Source: Dehalococcoidales bacterium (lineage in GTDB: Bacteria; Chloroflexota; Dehalococcoidia; Dehalococcoidales; RBG-16-60-22). Taken from it: 64,000 nucleotides of DNA. The notes below the pieces were generated by a model. It did not search any database, was not told where the DNA came from, and worked only from the letters and a program-made list of their open reading frames with translations. This document shows, in pieces, positions 55,164-64,000 of the stretch. A program made the translations under genes and the position numbers. Each line of letters opens with the position of its first letter. The stretch's first letter is position 1. Location: the NCBI GenBank assembly GCA_050014095.1, contig JBEKDZ010000001.1, positions 206,560 through 270,559 on the forward strand, written 5' to 3'.

Positions 55164-56177
55164 TTGGCTGGACTATTAGTCCCTAAAATTGAATGTACCG
55201 AACAGGCAGAAAACTTCGGGCGGTTCGTGGCTGAACCGCTGGAGAAGGGGTTTGGTATCACCCTGGGCAATTCCTTACGCCGCGTGTTGCTCGGCTATCT
55301 TCCGGGGGCAGCCGTAACTCAAGTAAGGATTGATGGCGTCCACCACGAGTTTACAGTTATACCTAACGCCAAAGAGGACGTTATCGAATTTCTCCTTAAT
55401 ATTAAAGAAATCAGGTTGAAGGCGCTATCCGACCACGGCGGCACGCTGATTTTAGAAAAAGATGGCGAGGGCCGCGTCTGTGCCTCCGATATTAAACCAT
55501 CGACCGACTTCGAGATTACTAATCCGGAGCTATGCTTGATTACGCTCAACAGTCCTAAGGCCAAGCTCTATGTTGAGATGGATGTTGAACTGGGTTCGGG
55601 TTTCCGATCCGCCGAATCTACCGATAACATGCCGGTGGGCACCATCCCGGTCGATGCTATTTTCACACCTATTCGCAAAGTAAACTATAACGTAGAACCG
55701 GTACACTTCGGTCGGGAAACCAGCCGTGAGCGACTACGTATCGATGTCTGGACGGATGGAACGATGTTGCCCGTTGATGCTATCAGCCGCGCCGCGAGCA
55801 TCTTAATAGAGCAGCTCACTCCGTTTGTCGAATATGTCAAAATATCTCAAATGAAAGACGAGGAAAGGCTTATCCGCCTCTCCATCCCCGACGAGAAATA
55901 CAATATGCCCGTCGAGCAGTTGGACCTCTCGGTGCGCACCATGAACTGCCTAAGACGCAGTAGTATTACCACCGTCGGCGAGCTTATCGCCAAGGGACCC
56001 AAAGAGCTATTAAAGCTACGTAACTTCGGTCAGAAATCCTACCAGGAAATCGAGGACCGCCTTTCGGCGATAGGGCTATCGCTTAATCCAAAAACCGAAG
56101 AGCCAGCCGAAGTGGTGGAAGAAACCAAACCTAAAGCCAAAGGTAAAAAGAAATCGGCGGCGGACGCCACCGATTAA
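55164..56177 (+). CDS. rpoA: DNA-directed RNA polymerase subunit alpha
   Basis: 'FGRFV.EPLE.GFG.TLGN.LRRVLL'. CTD 'LDLSVRTMNCLRR..I.TVGEL'. Confidence 0.97.
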   Translation: MAGLLVPKIECTEQAENFGRFVAEPLEKGFGITLGNSLRRVLLGYLPGAAVTQVRIDGVHHEFTVIPNAKEDVIEFLLNIKEIRLKALSDHGGTLILEKDGEGRVCASDIKPSTDFEITNPELCLITLNSPKAKLYVEMDVELGSGFRSAESTDNMPVGTIPVDAIFTPIRKVNYNVEPVHFGRETSRERLRIDVWTDGTMLPVDAISRAASILIEQLTPFVEYVKISQMKDEERLIRLSIPDEKYNMPVEQLDLSVRTMNCLRRSSITTVGELIAKGPKELLKLRNFGQKSYQEIEDRLSAIGLSLNPKTEEPAEVVEETKPKAKGKKKSAADATD

Positions 56178-56204
56178 TAGGCATAAACACGGAGAACCAG
56201 AGAC

Positions 56205-56558
56205 ATGAGGCATAATATTGCAGGCAGAAGTTTGAGTCGCGCTTCCGGCCATCGCCAGGCGCTGTATCGTAATCTCGTTACCGCCCTGCTGCAGCATGAA
56301 AAAATCGTTACTACCGAGGCTAAAGCCAAGGAAGTGCGCAGTATGGCGGAGCAGATGATTACCCTGGGCAAAAAAAGCGGCCTTGGTTCTTACCGGCAGG
56401 CGCTGGCGTTCATTACAGATAAAAAGGTTACCGAAAAGGTCTTTTCGGTGCTGGCACCGCGCTATCAAGAGCGAACCGGCGGCTACACCCGCATGACTAA
56501 ACTGGAGCGTAGGCTGGGCGATAACGCGCCGATGGTGCAGCTGGAGCTGGTGAAATAG
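56205..56558 (+). CDS. rplQ: 50S ribosomal protein L17
   Basis: '[22 protein letters not shown]', '[10 protein letters not shown]', 'GGYTR'. Confidence 0.97.
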   Translation: MRHNIAGRSLSRASGHRQALYRNLVTALLQHEKIVTTEAKAKEVRSMAEQMITLGKKSGLGSYRQALAFITDKKVTEKVFSVLAPRYQERTGGYTRMTKLERRLGDNAPMVQLELVK

Positions 56559-56592
56559 TCATTTGGCTGAAAGTATAACTCGGTGAAAAATA

Positions 56593-57375
56593 GTGGCAGA
56601 CGCGGCAGCTGGCGCCAGGATTATATTAATTATTGAATATAACGGGACCAATTACCATGGCTCTCAATCGCAGGTTAACGCGCCGACGATTCAGGGAGAG
56701 ATAGAAAAAGCGTTAAAAAAACTTACTGGGGAAAGGATAAGAATAAAAATAGCCAGCCGGACCGATACCGGCGTCCATGCCCGAGGGCAGGTGGTTGGTT
56801 TTGATACCGAAGCGAAGCTCCCGCTAAAATCGTTCATCGATGGACTGAACCACTATCTGCCGGAGGCTATCGCGGTTAAAGAAGCCTTTAGGGCGGAGCC
56901 GGATTTCGATGTGAGGCGTCGCGCGGTGAGTCGGGAATACAGGTACTATATTTACAATAGCCCGACTCGCTCTCCTCTAAAAGAGGGATTTGCCTGGCGT
57001 TTAGCCGGCAAGCTGGACATCGCGGCGATGAACCGAGCGTGCGAAACCCTTATCGGACGACATGATTTCGCTTCCTTCGTCGCCAGCGCCGAGACCGCCC
57101 GGCAGAAGAGAACGATCCGGGATGTATTTAAAGCGGCAATAACGCAAGATGGGGAAATGGTCGTTTTCGATATTGTAGCGAACTCCTTTTTACCCCATCA
57201 GGTACGCAATATGATAGGCTCTTTAGTTAAAGTGGGACAGGATAAAATGACGGTGGCAGAATTTAAGCAAATGGTTGAATCCAGGACTCCCGGCCTTGCC
57301 GGACCGACGGCTCCGGCCGAAGGATTATGCCTGGTGCAGGTAAATTATCCAGGTCCTTTCGAGGGAGATATATAA
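56593..57375 (+). CDS. truA: tRNA pseudouridine(38-40) synthase
   Basis: 'IEYNGTNYHGSQSQ', 'ASRTDTGVHARGQVV' (catalytic Asp), 'SFLPHQVRNM'. Confidence 0.94.
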   Translation: MADAAAGARIILIIEYNGTNYHGSQSQVNAPTIQGEIEKALKKLTGERIRIKIASRTDTGVHARGQVVGFDTEAKLPLKSFIDGLNHYLPEAIAVKEAFRAEPDFDVRRRAVSREYRYYIYNSPTRSPLKEGFAWRLAGKLDIAAMNRACETLIGRHDFASFVASAETARQKRTIRDVFKAAITQDGEMVVFDIVANSFLPHQVRNMIGSLVKVGQDKMTVAEFKQMVESRTPGLAGPTAPAEGLCLVQVNYPGPFEGDI

Positions 57376-57812
57376 TGACGACAAAAACTTATACAGCCAG
57401 ACCGGTTGACATTAAGCGCAAAATGCACGTGATTGATGCCGCCGATAAAACACTGGGCAGGCTTTCTATCCAGATTGCGCGGATTCTGATGGGTAAAGAT
57501 AAGCCTATCTACACGCCAACCATCGATACCGGGGATTTTGTAACGGTCATCAATGCGGCAAAAGTGCGCGTTACCGGCAAAAAAATGGAGCAGAAGACCT
57601 ATTACCGCCATTCTAACTATCCGGGCGGTCTTAAAAGCATTACGCTGGGGAAAATGATGCAGCAGTTCCCCACCCGCGCCATTGAATACTCCGTTAAAGG
57701 GATGCTTCCCCATACCCGCCTGGGCGCTCAAATGTATAAGAAACTGCATGTTTATGCCGGAGCGGATTATCCTAATATGCCGAAGGTAAAGACAGAAAAG
57801 AAAGCAAAGTAA
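57375..57812 (+). CDS. rplM: 50S ribosomal protein L13
   Basis: 'W.VIDA..K.LGRL...IA..L.GK.KP.YTP..D.GD.V.VINA'. ATG at 57375 overlaps the truA TAA and has GAGGGAG 7 nt upstream. Confidence 0.95.
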   Translation: MTTKTYTARPVDIKRKMHVIDAADKTLGRLSIQIARILMGKDKPIYTPTIDTGDFVTVINAAKVRVTGKKMEQKTYYRHSNYPGGLKSITLGKMMQQFPTRAIEYSVKGMLPHTRLGAQMYKKLHVYAGADYPNMPKVKTEKKAK

Positions 57813-57827
57813 AGGGATTGGGTTGAT

Positions 57828-58223
57828 ATGGATAAACAGAGCTATTTTCACGGGACAGGCCGCCGCAAGACGGCGACAGCGCAGGTAAAGCTAATGGTCG
57901 GCAACGGCGCCATTATCATCGATGGCAAACCGCTGGAAGAGCGTTTCCCCTCCCTCGAGCACCAGCGGGTTATCGTCCAGCCTTTTATGGCTACCGAGAG
58001 CAATGGCAAATATAATGTGGTGGTCAAGGTGCTGGGGGGCGGCATTAGCGGGCAGAGCGCCGCTATCGCGCACGGCATCTCCCGCGCCCTTGTCCGCGCC
58101 GACGAGCGCTTTAAACCGATCTTGCGCCAGAGTGGGTTACTGACACGGGACGCCCGCGCCAAAGAGCGGAAGAAGCCCGGACTCAAGCGAGCCCGCAAGG
58201 CGCCGCAGTACACCAAGCGTTAG
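57828..58223 (+). CDS. rpsI: 30S ribosomal protein S9
   Basis: 'GTGRRKTA.AQV', 'GGG.SGQ..A..HGISRAL', C-terminal 'RDAR.KERKK.GLKRARKAPQ.TKR'. Confidence 0.98.
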   Translation: MDKQSYFHGTGRRKTATAQVKLMVGNGAIIIDGKPLEERFPSLEHQRVIVQPFMATESNGKYNVVVKVLGGGISGQSAAIAHGISRALVRADERFKPILRQSGLLTRDARAKERKKPGLKRARKAPQYTKR

Positions 58224-58244
58224 TTATTTAATTAAGATAATTAA

Positions 58245-58290
58245 GCGCCAGGTTTATACTGATATTATCAGGAATCTGGCGCTTTTTTAT
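58245..58290 (+). terminator. Rho-independent terminator after rpsI
   Basis: GCGCCAG(G/A)TT stem (58245-58254 pairs with 58273-58282) followed by TTTTTTATT. Confidence 0.75.
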
Positions 58291-58305
58291 TGTTTTTCCC
58301 CAAAA

Positions 58306-58331
58306 CCATCCCGACGGAAGTCGGGATCCAG
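58306..58331 (+). repeat. Variant unit CC-ATCCCGAC-GGAA-GTCGGGAT-CCAG
   Basis: 8-bp stem with the same 3' flank (CCAG). The 5' flank has diverged. Confidence 0.55.
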
Positions 58332-58395
58332 TCGTCTTTCTCCCCTTCCTACCTTCCCCTTTATCCTCACCTCCCAAACCATGTAAAATATAGCT

Positions 58396-58977
58396 GTGAA
58401 ACCTGCTACAACAGATTTTCAAACCATTCAAATAGAAAGCATCGGTAACGTACTACTGGAACACAGTCGCCGCGCTAGGCGTATTATTATATCCGTCCGC
58501 ACCGGCCGAGGTGTGCGGGTCGCCGTACCCCGCCGCACCTCTTTTAAGTCCGCCCTGGAATTCGTCCGCGCTAAAAAGTCCTGGGTGATAAAGCACGTCG
58601 CCAGAGTCAAAGAGTATGAGCAACGCAAGCGAGCATTTGGCGAGGTTTTCCAAACCATCGACAAAGTAGAGGCGCGTAAGAAAATTACCACCAGATTGGC
58701 GGAACTAGCTAAACAGCACGACTTTACCTACAAAAAGGTATCTATCCGTAACCAGCGGACGCGGTGGGGCAGCTGCTCCGCTAAAGGCAACATAAGCCTG
58801 AATATCAAGCTGGTGGTGCTGCCCCCGGAGCTATTCGACTACGTTATCCTGCACGAACTGGTGCATACTCACGTGCCAAATCACAGCAGAAAATTCTGGC
58901 AGGAGCTGGATAAATACGTAGAGAACGGCAAAGCTAAAGCTAAGATATTGATTGAGTACGGACTGGGGATACTGTAG
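58396..58977 (+). CDS. YgjP-like (DUF45 / M48-related) metal-dependent hydrolase
   Basis: 'RWGSCS..G.ISLN..L' and HExxH 'ILHELVHTHVPNHS.KFW'. Confidence 0.85.
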   Translation: MKPATTDFQTIQIESIGNVLLEHSRRARRIIISVRTGRGVRVAVPRRTSFKSALEFVRAKKSWVIKHVARVKEYEQRKRAFGEVFQTIDKVEARKKITTRLAELAKQHDFTYKKVSIRNQRTRWGSCSAKGNISLNIKLVVLPPELFDYVILHELVHTHVPNHSRKFWQELDKYVENGKAKAKILIEYGLGIL

Positions 58978-58983
58978 TTTTAA

Positions 58984-59020
58984 CCGCTATGGTTCGACAG
59001 GCTCACCATGAGCGGTTTTT
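58984..59020 (+). terminator. Rho-independent terminator candidate after the YgjP-like gene
   Basis: CCGCTATGGT...ACCATGAGCGG stem (one bulge) followed by TTTTTG. Confidence 0.6.
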
Positions 59021-59071
59021 GTCACGCTACACCCGCCCTTCATGCAACTTAATTTTTATACTTGTAATTTC

Positions 59072-59102
59072 CTTGCTACTTGCCACTTGCTACTTGTCAC
59101 TT
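59072..59102. repeat. Tandem heptamer CTTGNNA x4.3 (CTTGCTA CTTGCCA CTTGCTA CTTGTCA CTT)
   Basis: Read directly. Lies just 3' of the PGI/PMI stop codon. Confidence 0.8.
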
Positions 59103-59109
59103 AACCCAT

Positions 59110-60177
59110 CTACCCCTTCTCCAGCCTCTCCTTAAGATAGCTGATAACCTTCACCGGCGAAGGGTCTACCTTATAAAGAATCGCCAGGTAGTAGCTAACA
59201 TAGTCGCCGAAAGACACCAGACTTACCATTTGTGCCAGGGCGCCTTTCCCCTCCCCGTCCACGAACTCGTAAGCTACGCCGGACTGCTTTAAAAGCTCAC
59301 AGGTAACGTCGTAGCGGAGCTTGATACGCTGGTTAAAGGTCGGCGACCGCAGTAAAACCACGCGGATTTTCGACGCTACCTCTTTGGGCAAGGAGAAGCC
59401 GACCGTCGCATTATGGTTGAGCTCCGGGAAGACCTCGTAAAAAGCCCAGGACTTGCTGTTCTCGTTAAGCTGGGTCTTCCAGCGGTGTGCCGCCTCGGTG
59501 GCGATGCCGGCGCCGTAGACTACTGGCAGGTACCCGCAAAGTCGCTGCGCCAGCTGCTTGGCGGGATTGGATTTTATCGGCGACTTTTCGTCGAGCCTGG
59601 ACGATAGCTTTTCCAGCACTTGAATCGTCTCCGTCACCTCCGCCGTCTTGTCACCAATCAAGCCGAGCTTTTGCAGAATACCGAGGGTGGGGATAAAGCT
59701 AAAGCCGAGGGCGGCGCGGGGCTGGGCTTTGTATTCTATTTTAAATACCGGAACACGATGCGCTGCCGCCATTTTCTCGAGCTTACCGCCGGATGTTACG
59801 GCAATTTTTTTCGCTCCCGTTTTTAAAGCCGGCTCGAAGCCAGAGAGTGTTTCTTCGGTGTTGCCGGAATAGCTGGAGGCAATCAATAGCGTCTTTTCAT
59901 CGACGTAAGCAGGCAGGCCGTAGTCTCGGTGGACGATAATGGGTATTTTGGCTTCCGCCTGTACCAGGGTCCTAACCAAGTCGCCACCGATAGCCGAGCC
60001 GCCCATGCCCAGAACGACTACTTTATTCACGTTTTTATAGTCCGGGGGTAAAGCGAGGCTCATGGCCGCCTGCCACGCCTGTTTACACTGTATAGGGAGC
60101 TCTTTAATACGCTCTAACATGCCTTCGGGGTCGAGCGCCGGATAGAGCTTGATATCGTCGAGGTTTACAGTTACCAT
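59110..60177 (-). CDS. Bifunctional phosphoglucose/phosphomannose isomerase (SIS-domain, archaeal-type PGI/PMI)
   Basis: SIS motifs 'VVVLGMGGSAIGGD', 'LIASSYSGNTEET'. C-terminal PGI/PMI-type domain. Start set at the ATG at 60177, with GGAGG 8 nt upstream. The track start is 60234. Confidence 0.85.
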   Translation of the reverse strand: MVTVNLDDIKLYPALDPEGMLERIKELPIQCKQAWQAAMSLALPPDYKNVNKVVVLGMGGSAIGGDLVRTLVQAEAKIPIIVHRDYGLPAYVDEKTLLIASSYSGNTEETLSGFEPALKTGAKKIAVTSGGKLEKMAAAHRVPVFKIEYKAQPRAALGFSFIPTLGILQKLGLIGDKTAEVTETIQVLEKLSSRLDEKSPIKSNPAKQLAQRLCGYLPVVYGAGIATEAAHRWKTQLNENSKSWAFYEVFPELNHNATVGFSLPKEVASKIRVVLLRSPTFNQRIKLRYDVTCELLKQSGVAYEFVDGEGKGALAQMVSLVSFGDYVSYYLAILYKVDPSPVKVISYLKERLEKG

Positions 60178-60335
60178 GCCTATTACCTCCTTGTTGCTTA
60201 GGGTAACTCTAGATATTTTATTGATTATTGTCAATTTATTATTTGGAGAGGGCGATTTTACTAGATTCTAACTGCATTCTATCACTTATACCTATATAAG
60301 GCTGAAATGACAACAAATAACAAAAAAAGTAAAAT

Positions 60336-60420
60336 GTCATTCTGGCGAAGGCCAGAATCCATGTTAGGGATAAGTATTCTACGAGATTTTAAAGTGGATT
60401 CCAGCCTACGCTGGAATGAC
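60336..60420 (-). repeat. Composite inverted-pair module, same family (core inverted relative to 9020 and 12885)
   Basis: GTCATTCTGGCGAAGGCCAGAATCCAT, a 32-nt core, then TGGATTCCAGCCTACGCTGGAATGAC. The right unit is identical to the unit at 9020-9045. Confidence 0.85.
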
Positions 60421-60438
60421 AGAAAAAACTGACATCCT

Positions 60439-61878
60439 TTAGACCCCCGCTATCTTTTTCCCTATTTCCAATAAACGCGAAGCCCGCTCCGGCGAATCGG
60501 TTTCCGCATAGATACGCAGGAGAGGTTCGGTGCCGGAAAACCTTATGAGTAGCCAGCTATTATCCGCGAGGATAAACCGGTAGCCGTCAGTAGTATCCAA
60601 CTTCACTACTTTAACGCCGTCGATGGTCTGTGGCGGATTATCGCGAACGCGCCCGATAATTGCTTTTCGTTCTGTTTCAGAAAACTTTATGTCAACACGA
60701 TGATAGTGGTGAGGTCCAACCTTGCTATAAAGATATTCGAGCAGCTCGGAAGGGTTTTTGCCGGTCTTCACCATAAAGTCGAGGAAATATAGATTAGCCA
60801 GAATGCCATCCCTTTCCAGCACATGACCGCGGAAACCATAGCCGCCGCTCTCCTCCCCACCGATGATAGCGTTTTCCGACCTCATTAAAGGAGCGATGTA
60901 TTTAAAGCCGACCGCCGTCTGATGCACCGGCACAGCGAACAGCTCGCCAAGACGGTTAGCCATACTGGTGGTAGTGAGGGTTTTAATGATGGCGCCACGC
61001 TCGCCGCGGATCTCCAGCAGATAGAGGCAGAGCAAGGCGAAGACCTGAAGCTGGGTGAGAAAATCGCCGTTTTCCGCGACGATGCCCATGCGGTCGGCGT
61101 CACCGTCGGTTGCCAGTCCAACATTGGCTTTATTCTTTTTCATCGCGTCCACCAGCTCGTCCAGATGCGGGAGAATCGGCTCCGGGTGGAGACCGGGGAA
61201 GATGGGGTTACGCTCGCCGTGAATTTCCAGAATTTTTAATGCGCCACCACCTAAAATTTTCTTAAGATAGCCGGCGCCCGCCCCGTACATGGGGTCGATA
61301 ACTATCTTAAGATTGGTGCGACGTAAAGCCTCGATATCAACAAGTCGGGCTATCTGCTCGAAATACTCCGGCGCAAGGTCGGACATCGCAACCAGTCCTT
61401 TTTGCTTAGCTTCTGCCAATGGCAGCCGACTGACTTTACCGGCGGTGTAAGACCTCGCAATAAAGTCAACGATTTTCGAGGTGATTTCATCGGAGGCGCT
61501 CCAGCCATTCTCATCCTTGAACTTAAAGCCGTTCCACTCGCCCGGGTTATGGCTAGCGGTAATAATAATGGCGCCGGCGGCTTTTTTCGCCAGGACGCCG
61601 TAGCTGATGACGGGCGTGGGCGTGGCTTGGGGCGTAAGGTAGACTATTATGTTGTTGCCAGCAATCACCTCGGCGGCAGCAGCGGCAAAGTCTTCGGAAG
61701 CGAAGCGGGTATCGTAGCCGATAACGATGCCTCGTTGAGCCAGCTTAGTTTCAGTGAGATAGTCGGCAACGCCCTGCGCGCAGTAGCGGACGTTCTCGAA
61801 GGTGAAGTCCTCAGCGATAACGGCGCGCCAGCCGTCCGTGCCGAACTTGATGGGGTTAGCTTTAACGATTTCACTCAC
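60439..61878 (-). CDS. Phosphoglucomutase/phosphomannomutase (alpha-D-phosphohexomutase family)
   Basis: Active-site 'ITASHNPGEWNG', metal loop 'ATDGDADR', sugar loop 'GGEESGG'. Confidence 0.93.
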   Translation of the reverse strand: MSEIVKANPIKFGTDGWRAVIAEDFTFENVRYCAQGVADYLTETKLAQRGIVIGYDTRFASEDFAAAAAEVIAGNNIIVYLTPQATPTPVISYGVLAKKAAGAIIITASHNPGEWNGFKFKDENGWSASDEITSKIVDFIARSYTAGKVSRLPLAEAKQKGLVAMSDLAPEYFEQIARLVDIEALRRTNLKIVIDPMYGAGAGYLKKILGGGALKILEIHGERNPIFPGLHPEPILPHLDELVDAMKKNKANVGLATDGDADRMGIVAENGDFLTQLQVFALLCLYLLEIRGERGAIIKTLTTTSMANRLGELFAVPVHQTAVGFKYIAPLMRSENAIIGGEESGGYGFRGHVLERDGILANLYFLDFMVKTGKNPSELLEYLYSKVGPHHYHRVDIKFSETERKAIIGRVRDNPPQTIDGVKVVKLDTTDGYRFILADNSWLLIRFSGTEPLLRIYAETDSPERASRLLEIGKKIAGV

Positions 61879-61899
61879 CCCCTTGTGTGAAAAAGTAGA

Positions 61900-62202
61900 C
61901 TATTTGTCTCGCTCCATCAACTTTTTAATCTTCGCTGCTTCTTTCTCCACGGACTCCTGTTCCCACTTGGAGTCTTTATGGAAGACGAAGACGCCCAGGG
62001 CGTGTAAAACGATAGCGACGGTCCAGGCGCCAAGGGGCCAGATAAACCAGGCGTAACCGCCGGGACTGGTGACCGCCCAGATGATGACGAAAACGATATT
62101 GAAGATGAGATAAACGGCGAGGTGGGAGAAAAAGCTTTTTTTATCATCAAACCGTTTACGGGCTTTTTGAATAATTTCTTCTTTAGTCGGCTGGGTTGGC
62201 AT
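61900..62202 (-). CDS. 2TM-domain small membrane protein
   Basis: 100 aa. Two hydrophobic helices ('HLAVYLIFNIVFVIIWAV', 'WPLGAWTVAIVLHALGVFVF') flanked by charged termini. Confidence 0.7.
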   Translation of the reverse strand: MPTQPTKEEIIQKARKRFDDKKSFFSHLAVYLIFNIVFVIIWAVTSPGGYAWFIWPLGAWTVAIVLHALGVFVFHKDSKWEQESVEKEAAKIKKLMERDK

Positions 62203-62218
62203 TTTAATGATACCCTTT

Positions 62219-62803
62219 CTATAATTCTTCTAGTTTTTTATTGATAAGTTCTTGTACTTGAGTGATTTCTTCTCTAATATTTTTTAACTTTTCTAAATCT
62301 TCTGTAAGTCTTGCTGCATCTTTATATATACTGACAGACGAGACAATACGAGGATATTCTTCTCGAATTTTTTGTACTTTACTTAAAAGTTCTGAGTCAT
62401 ACTGTAAGTTCATCGCATAGAACAAGTTTCCTTCTTTAAAATAAGTATCCCAATCTTTTAAAGCTTTTACAAGAATTTTTTTTGCTTCGTCCTTGTTATG
62501 AAGGCTAGAACTAAAAAATGCTAGAGACGCATTAGAAGCATACAAGTCTTGCTGACTTATCAAAGTAGCTAACTCTTCTCTTAATTTAAGCAGTGGTGCA
62601 CTTCTAACTTCCCACCTTCTTTTCCTATTTTCAACATCAATTGCCCTGCCAAGTTCAATTTCAAATCGCTCGGCAGAATTTTTTATCTGCATTTTTGTTG
62701 TTAGAAAAGTGGCTAAAAATGTTGCTAAAGCTATAATAAAGTTTGAACCAAGTACTAAATAAATAACATCCTTTACTTCCACATTCTCACCCCCCTCTTT
62801 CAA
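62219..62803 (-). CDS. Hypothetical protein, AT-rich orphan (one N-terminal TM helix, then a helical/coiled region)
   Basis: Only ORF in a roughly 30% G+C patch. The track's TTG start at 62803 lies inside a repeat arm. GTG at 62782, preceded by GAGGGGGG, is a plausible true start. Confidence 0.55.
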   Translation of the reverse strand: MKEGGENVEVKDVIYLVLGSNFIIALATFLATFLTTKMQIKNSAERFEIELGRAIDVENRKRRWEVRSAPLLKLREELATLISQQDLYASNASLAFFSSSLHNKDEAKKILVKALKDWDTYFKEGNLFYAMNLQYDSELLSKVQKIREEYPRIVSSVSIYKDAARLTEDLEKLKNIREEITQVQELINKKLEEL

Positions 62804-62893
62804 AATGTCATTCTGAGCGTAGCGAAGAATCCGTTTATTTAAGTGGAAATCACGGATTCTTCAGTCGTTTCGCTCCTTCAGAATGACATTTTG
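62801..62893. repeat. Inverted-pair module with perfect 16-bp terminal inverted repeats (CAAAATGTCATTCTGA / TCAGAATGACATTTTG)
   Basis: The arms are at 62801-62816 and 62878-62893. The module exactly fills the gap between the metK stop and the AT-rich ORF. Confidence 0.85.
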
Positions 62894-64000
62894 CTACTTC
62901 CCTAGTCCCTCTTTCTTTAAAATAGCCGCTTTATCCGTCTTTTCCCAGGGGAGGTCAAGGTCGGGTCGGCCAAAGTGACCGTAGGCGGCGGTCTGGCGGT
63001 AGATGGGACGCCGCAGCTTAAAGTGCTCGATAATGGCGCCGGGGCGGAGGTCGAAGTGCTTATTAATCAGGTCCAGAATTACCCTCGAATCCACCTTTTC
63101 CGTATCGAAGGTCTCAATGGAGACGGAGAGCGGGTGGGCTTTGCCGATAACGTAAGCCACCTGTATTTCCAGTCGCTCGGCAAGCCCGGCCGCCACTACG
63201 TTCTTAGCGATATAGCGTGCCAAATAAGATGCAGAGCGGTCGACCTTGGTGGGGTCTTTGCCGGAGAAGGAGCCGCCGCCGTGCCGCGCTGCGCCGCCGT
63301 AGGTATCCACGATTATTTTGCGTCCGGTGCAGCCGGTATCCGAGACCGGACCGCCGATAACGAAACGACCAGTAGCGTTAACGTAGAATTTAGTATCTTT
63401 ATCGATATATTTAGCGGGCACTACCTCTTTGATAACGTGCTTGATAACGTCTTTTTCAATTTGAGCATGGGTGACATCCGGGTCGTGCTGGGCGCCGATA
63501 ACGACGCTATCAACACGCCGCGGGACGCCTTTATTATATTCCACCGTTACCTGTGATTTGCCGTCCGGGCGGAGGTATTTAAGCGTACCGTTTTTCCGGA
63601 CTTCCGCCAGGCGGCGGCAAAGCCTATGGGCAAGGGAAATGGGGAGGGGCATCAGCTCGGGGGTCTCGCTGCAGGCAAAGCCGACCATCATGCCCTGGTC
63701 GCCGGCGCCGATTTCATCAAAGTGGTTGACGCCTTTAGTATCTTTAGCTTCCAGTGACTTGCTCACCCCCATATCGATATCGGCCGACTGCTCTTTAATC
63801 GACGATATAATACCTATCGATGCACAGTCGAAGCCGCACTCCGGTTTAGTATAGCCGATATCGCGTAACACCATTTTTACGATATTGGGAACATCGACAT
63901 AGCATTCGGTAGTGATTTCCCCCAGCACGATAACCAGTCCGGTGGTAGTAGCTACCTCGCAGGCTACTCTGCCGTTAGGGTCTTTGGTCATGATATCGTC
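62894..64000 (-). CDS. metK: S-adenosylmethionine synthetase (5' end beyond the window)
   Basis: 'DPNGRVACE', '[12 protein letters not shown]', 'DAKSQVT'-like '[10 protein letters not shown]', '[21 protein letters not shown]', '[16 protein letters not shown]'. The frame stays open to position 64000. Confidence 0.96.
   Translation of the reverse strand, partial: DDIMTKDPNGRVACEVATTTGLVIVLGEITTECYVDVPNIVKMVLRDIGYTKPECGFDCASIGIISSIKEQSADIDMGVSKSLEAKDTKGVNHFDEIGAGDQGMMVGFACSETPELMPLPISLAHRLCRRLAEVRKNGTLKYLRPDGKSQVTVEYNKGVPRRVDSVVIGAQHDPDVTHAQIEKDVIKHVIKEVVPAKYIDKDTKFYVNATGRFVIGGPVSDTGCTGRKIIVDTYGGAARHGGGSFSGKDPTKVDRSASYLARYIAKNVVAAGLAERLEIQVAYVIGKAHPLSVSIETFDTEKVDSRVILDLINKHFDLRPGAIIEHFKLRRPIYRQTAAYGHFGRPDLDLPWEKTDKAAILKKEGLGK

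Noticed and set aside
1-64000. rRNA, tRNA, tmRNA, RNase P or SRP RNA genes
   Set aside because: All intergenic spaces are short, at most about 420 nt. Those inspected contain only promoters, hairpin repeats or AT-rich spacer. No cloverleaf-like or conserved ncRNA sequence was recognised. This was not verified with tRNAscan or Infernal.

Overview
The window is mostly a conserved housekeeping backbone, about 50-58% G+C judged by eye. Gene content and order look like a Dehalococcoidia-type Chloroflexota genome, but that assignment is an inference from synteny and was not searched.

Backbone genes, left to right:
- uspA-like gene, valS, coaBC, coaX and nnr on the minus strand
- uvrA, preceded by a perfect GAAC-N4-GTTC SOS box
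- ffh, and the rpoD-dnaG pair
- cysK-glyA, pyrG, tal and rho
- a fully overlapping aroB-aroD-aroE-aroK-aroA-aroC-pheA operon
- an uninterrupted str/S10/spc/alpha ribosomal supercluster running rpsL to rpsI, without tuf. It includes rpmJ, which is below the size cutoff of the ORF track.
- a YgjP-like metallopeptidase, PGI/PMI, a phosphohexomutase, a 2TM protein, and metK truncated at the right edge

No rRNA, tRNA, CRISPR array, transposase or integrase was seen.

Four AT-rich patches, about 30-35% G+C by eye, interrupt the backbone:
- 1-1090: an SPPY DNA methyltransferase plus a truncated upstream ORF
- about 12085-13200: an orphan 208-aa ORF next to a nuclease-like 152-aa ORF
- 17297-18049: the membrane-spanning N-terminal half of a protein whose C-terminal half is a GC-normal bicupin
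- 62219-62803: an orphan membrane/coiled-coil ORF

The most unusual features:
1. A dispersed family of GTCATTC-[hairpin]-GAATCCA units, seen at 10 or more loci. The stems co-vary, the loops are GNRA-like, and the units often form 80-125 nt inverted-pair modules. They sit beside AT-rich islands and also inside the S10 operon.
2. A compositionally chimeric membrane-bicupin gene with an internal SD+ATG exactly at the G+C break.
3. An SbcC/Rad50-like ATPase with no adjacent SbcD, convergent with a small PD-(D/E)XK-like ORF.
4. A 170-aa Ala/Lys/Pro/Glu repeat tail on ribosomal protein S3.

All functional calls rest on recognisable motifs and gene order read from the translations. No database search was run.
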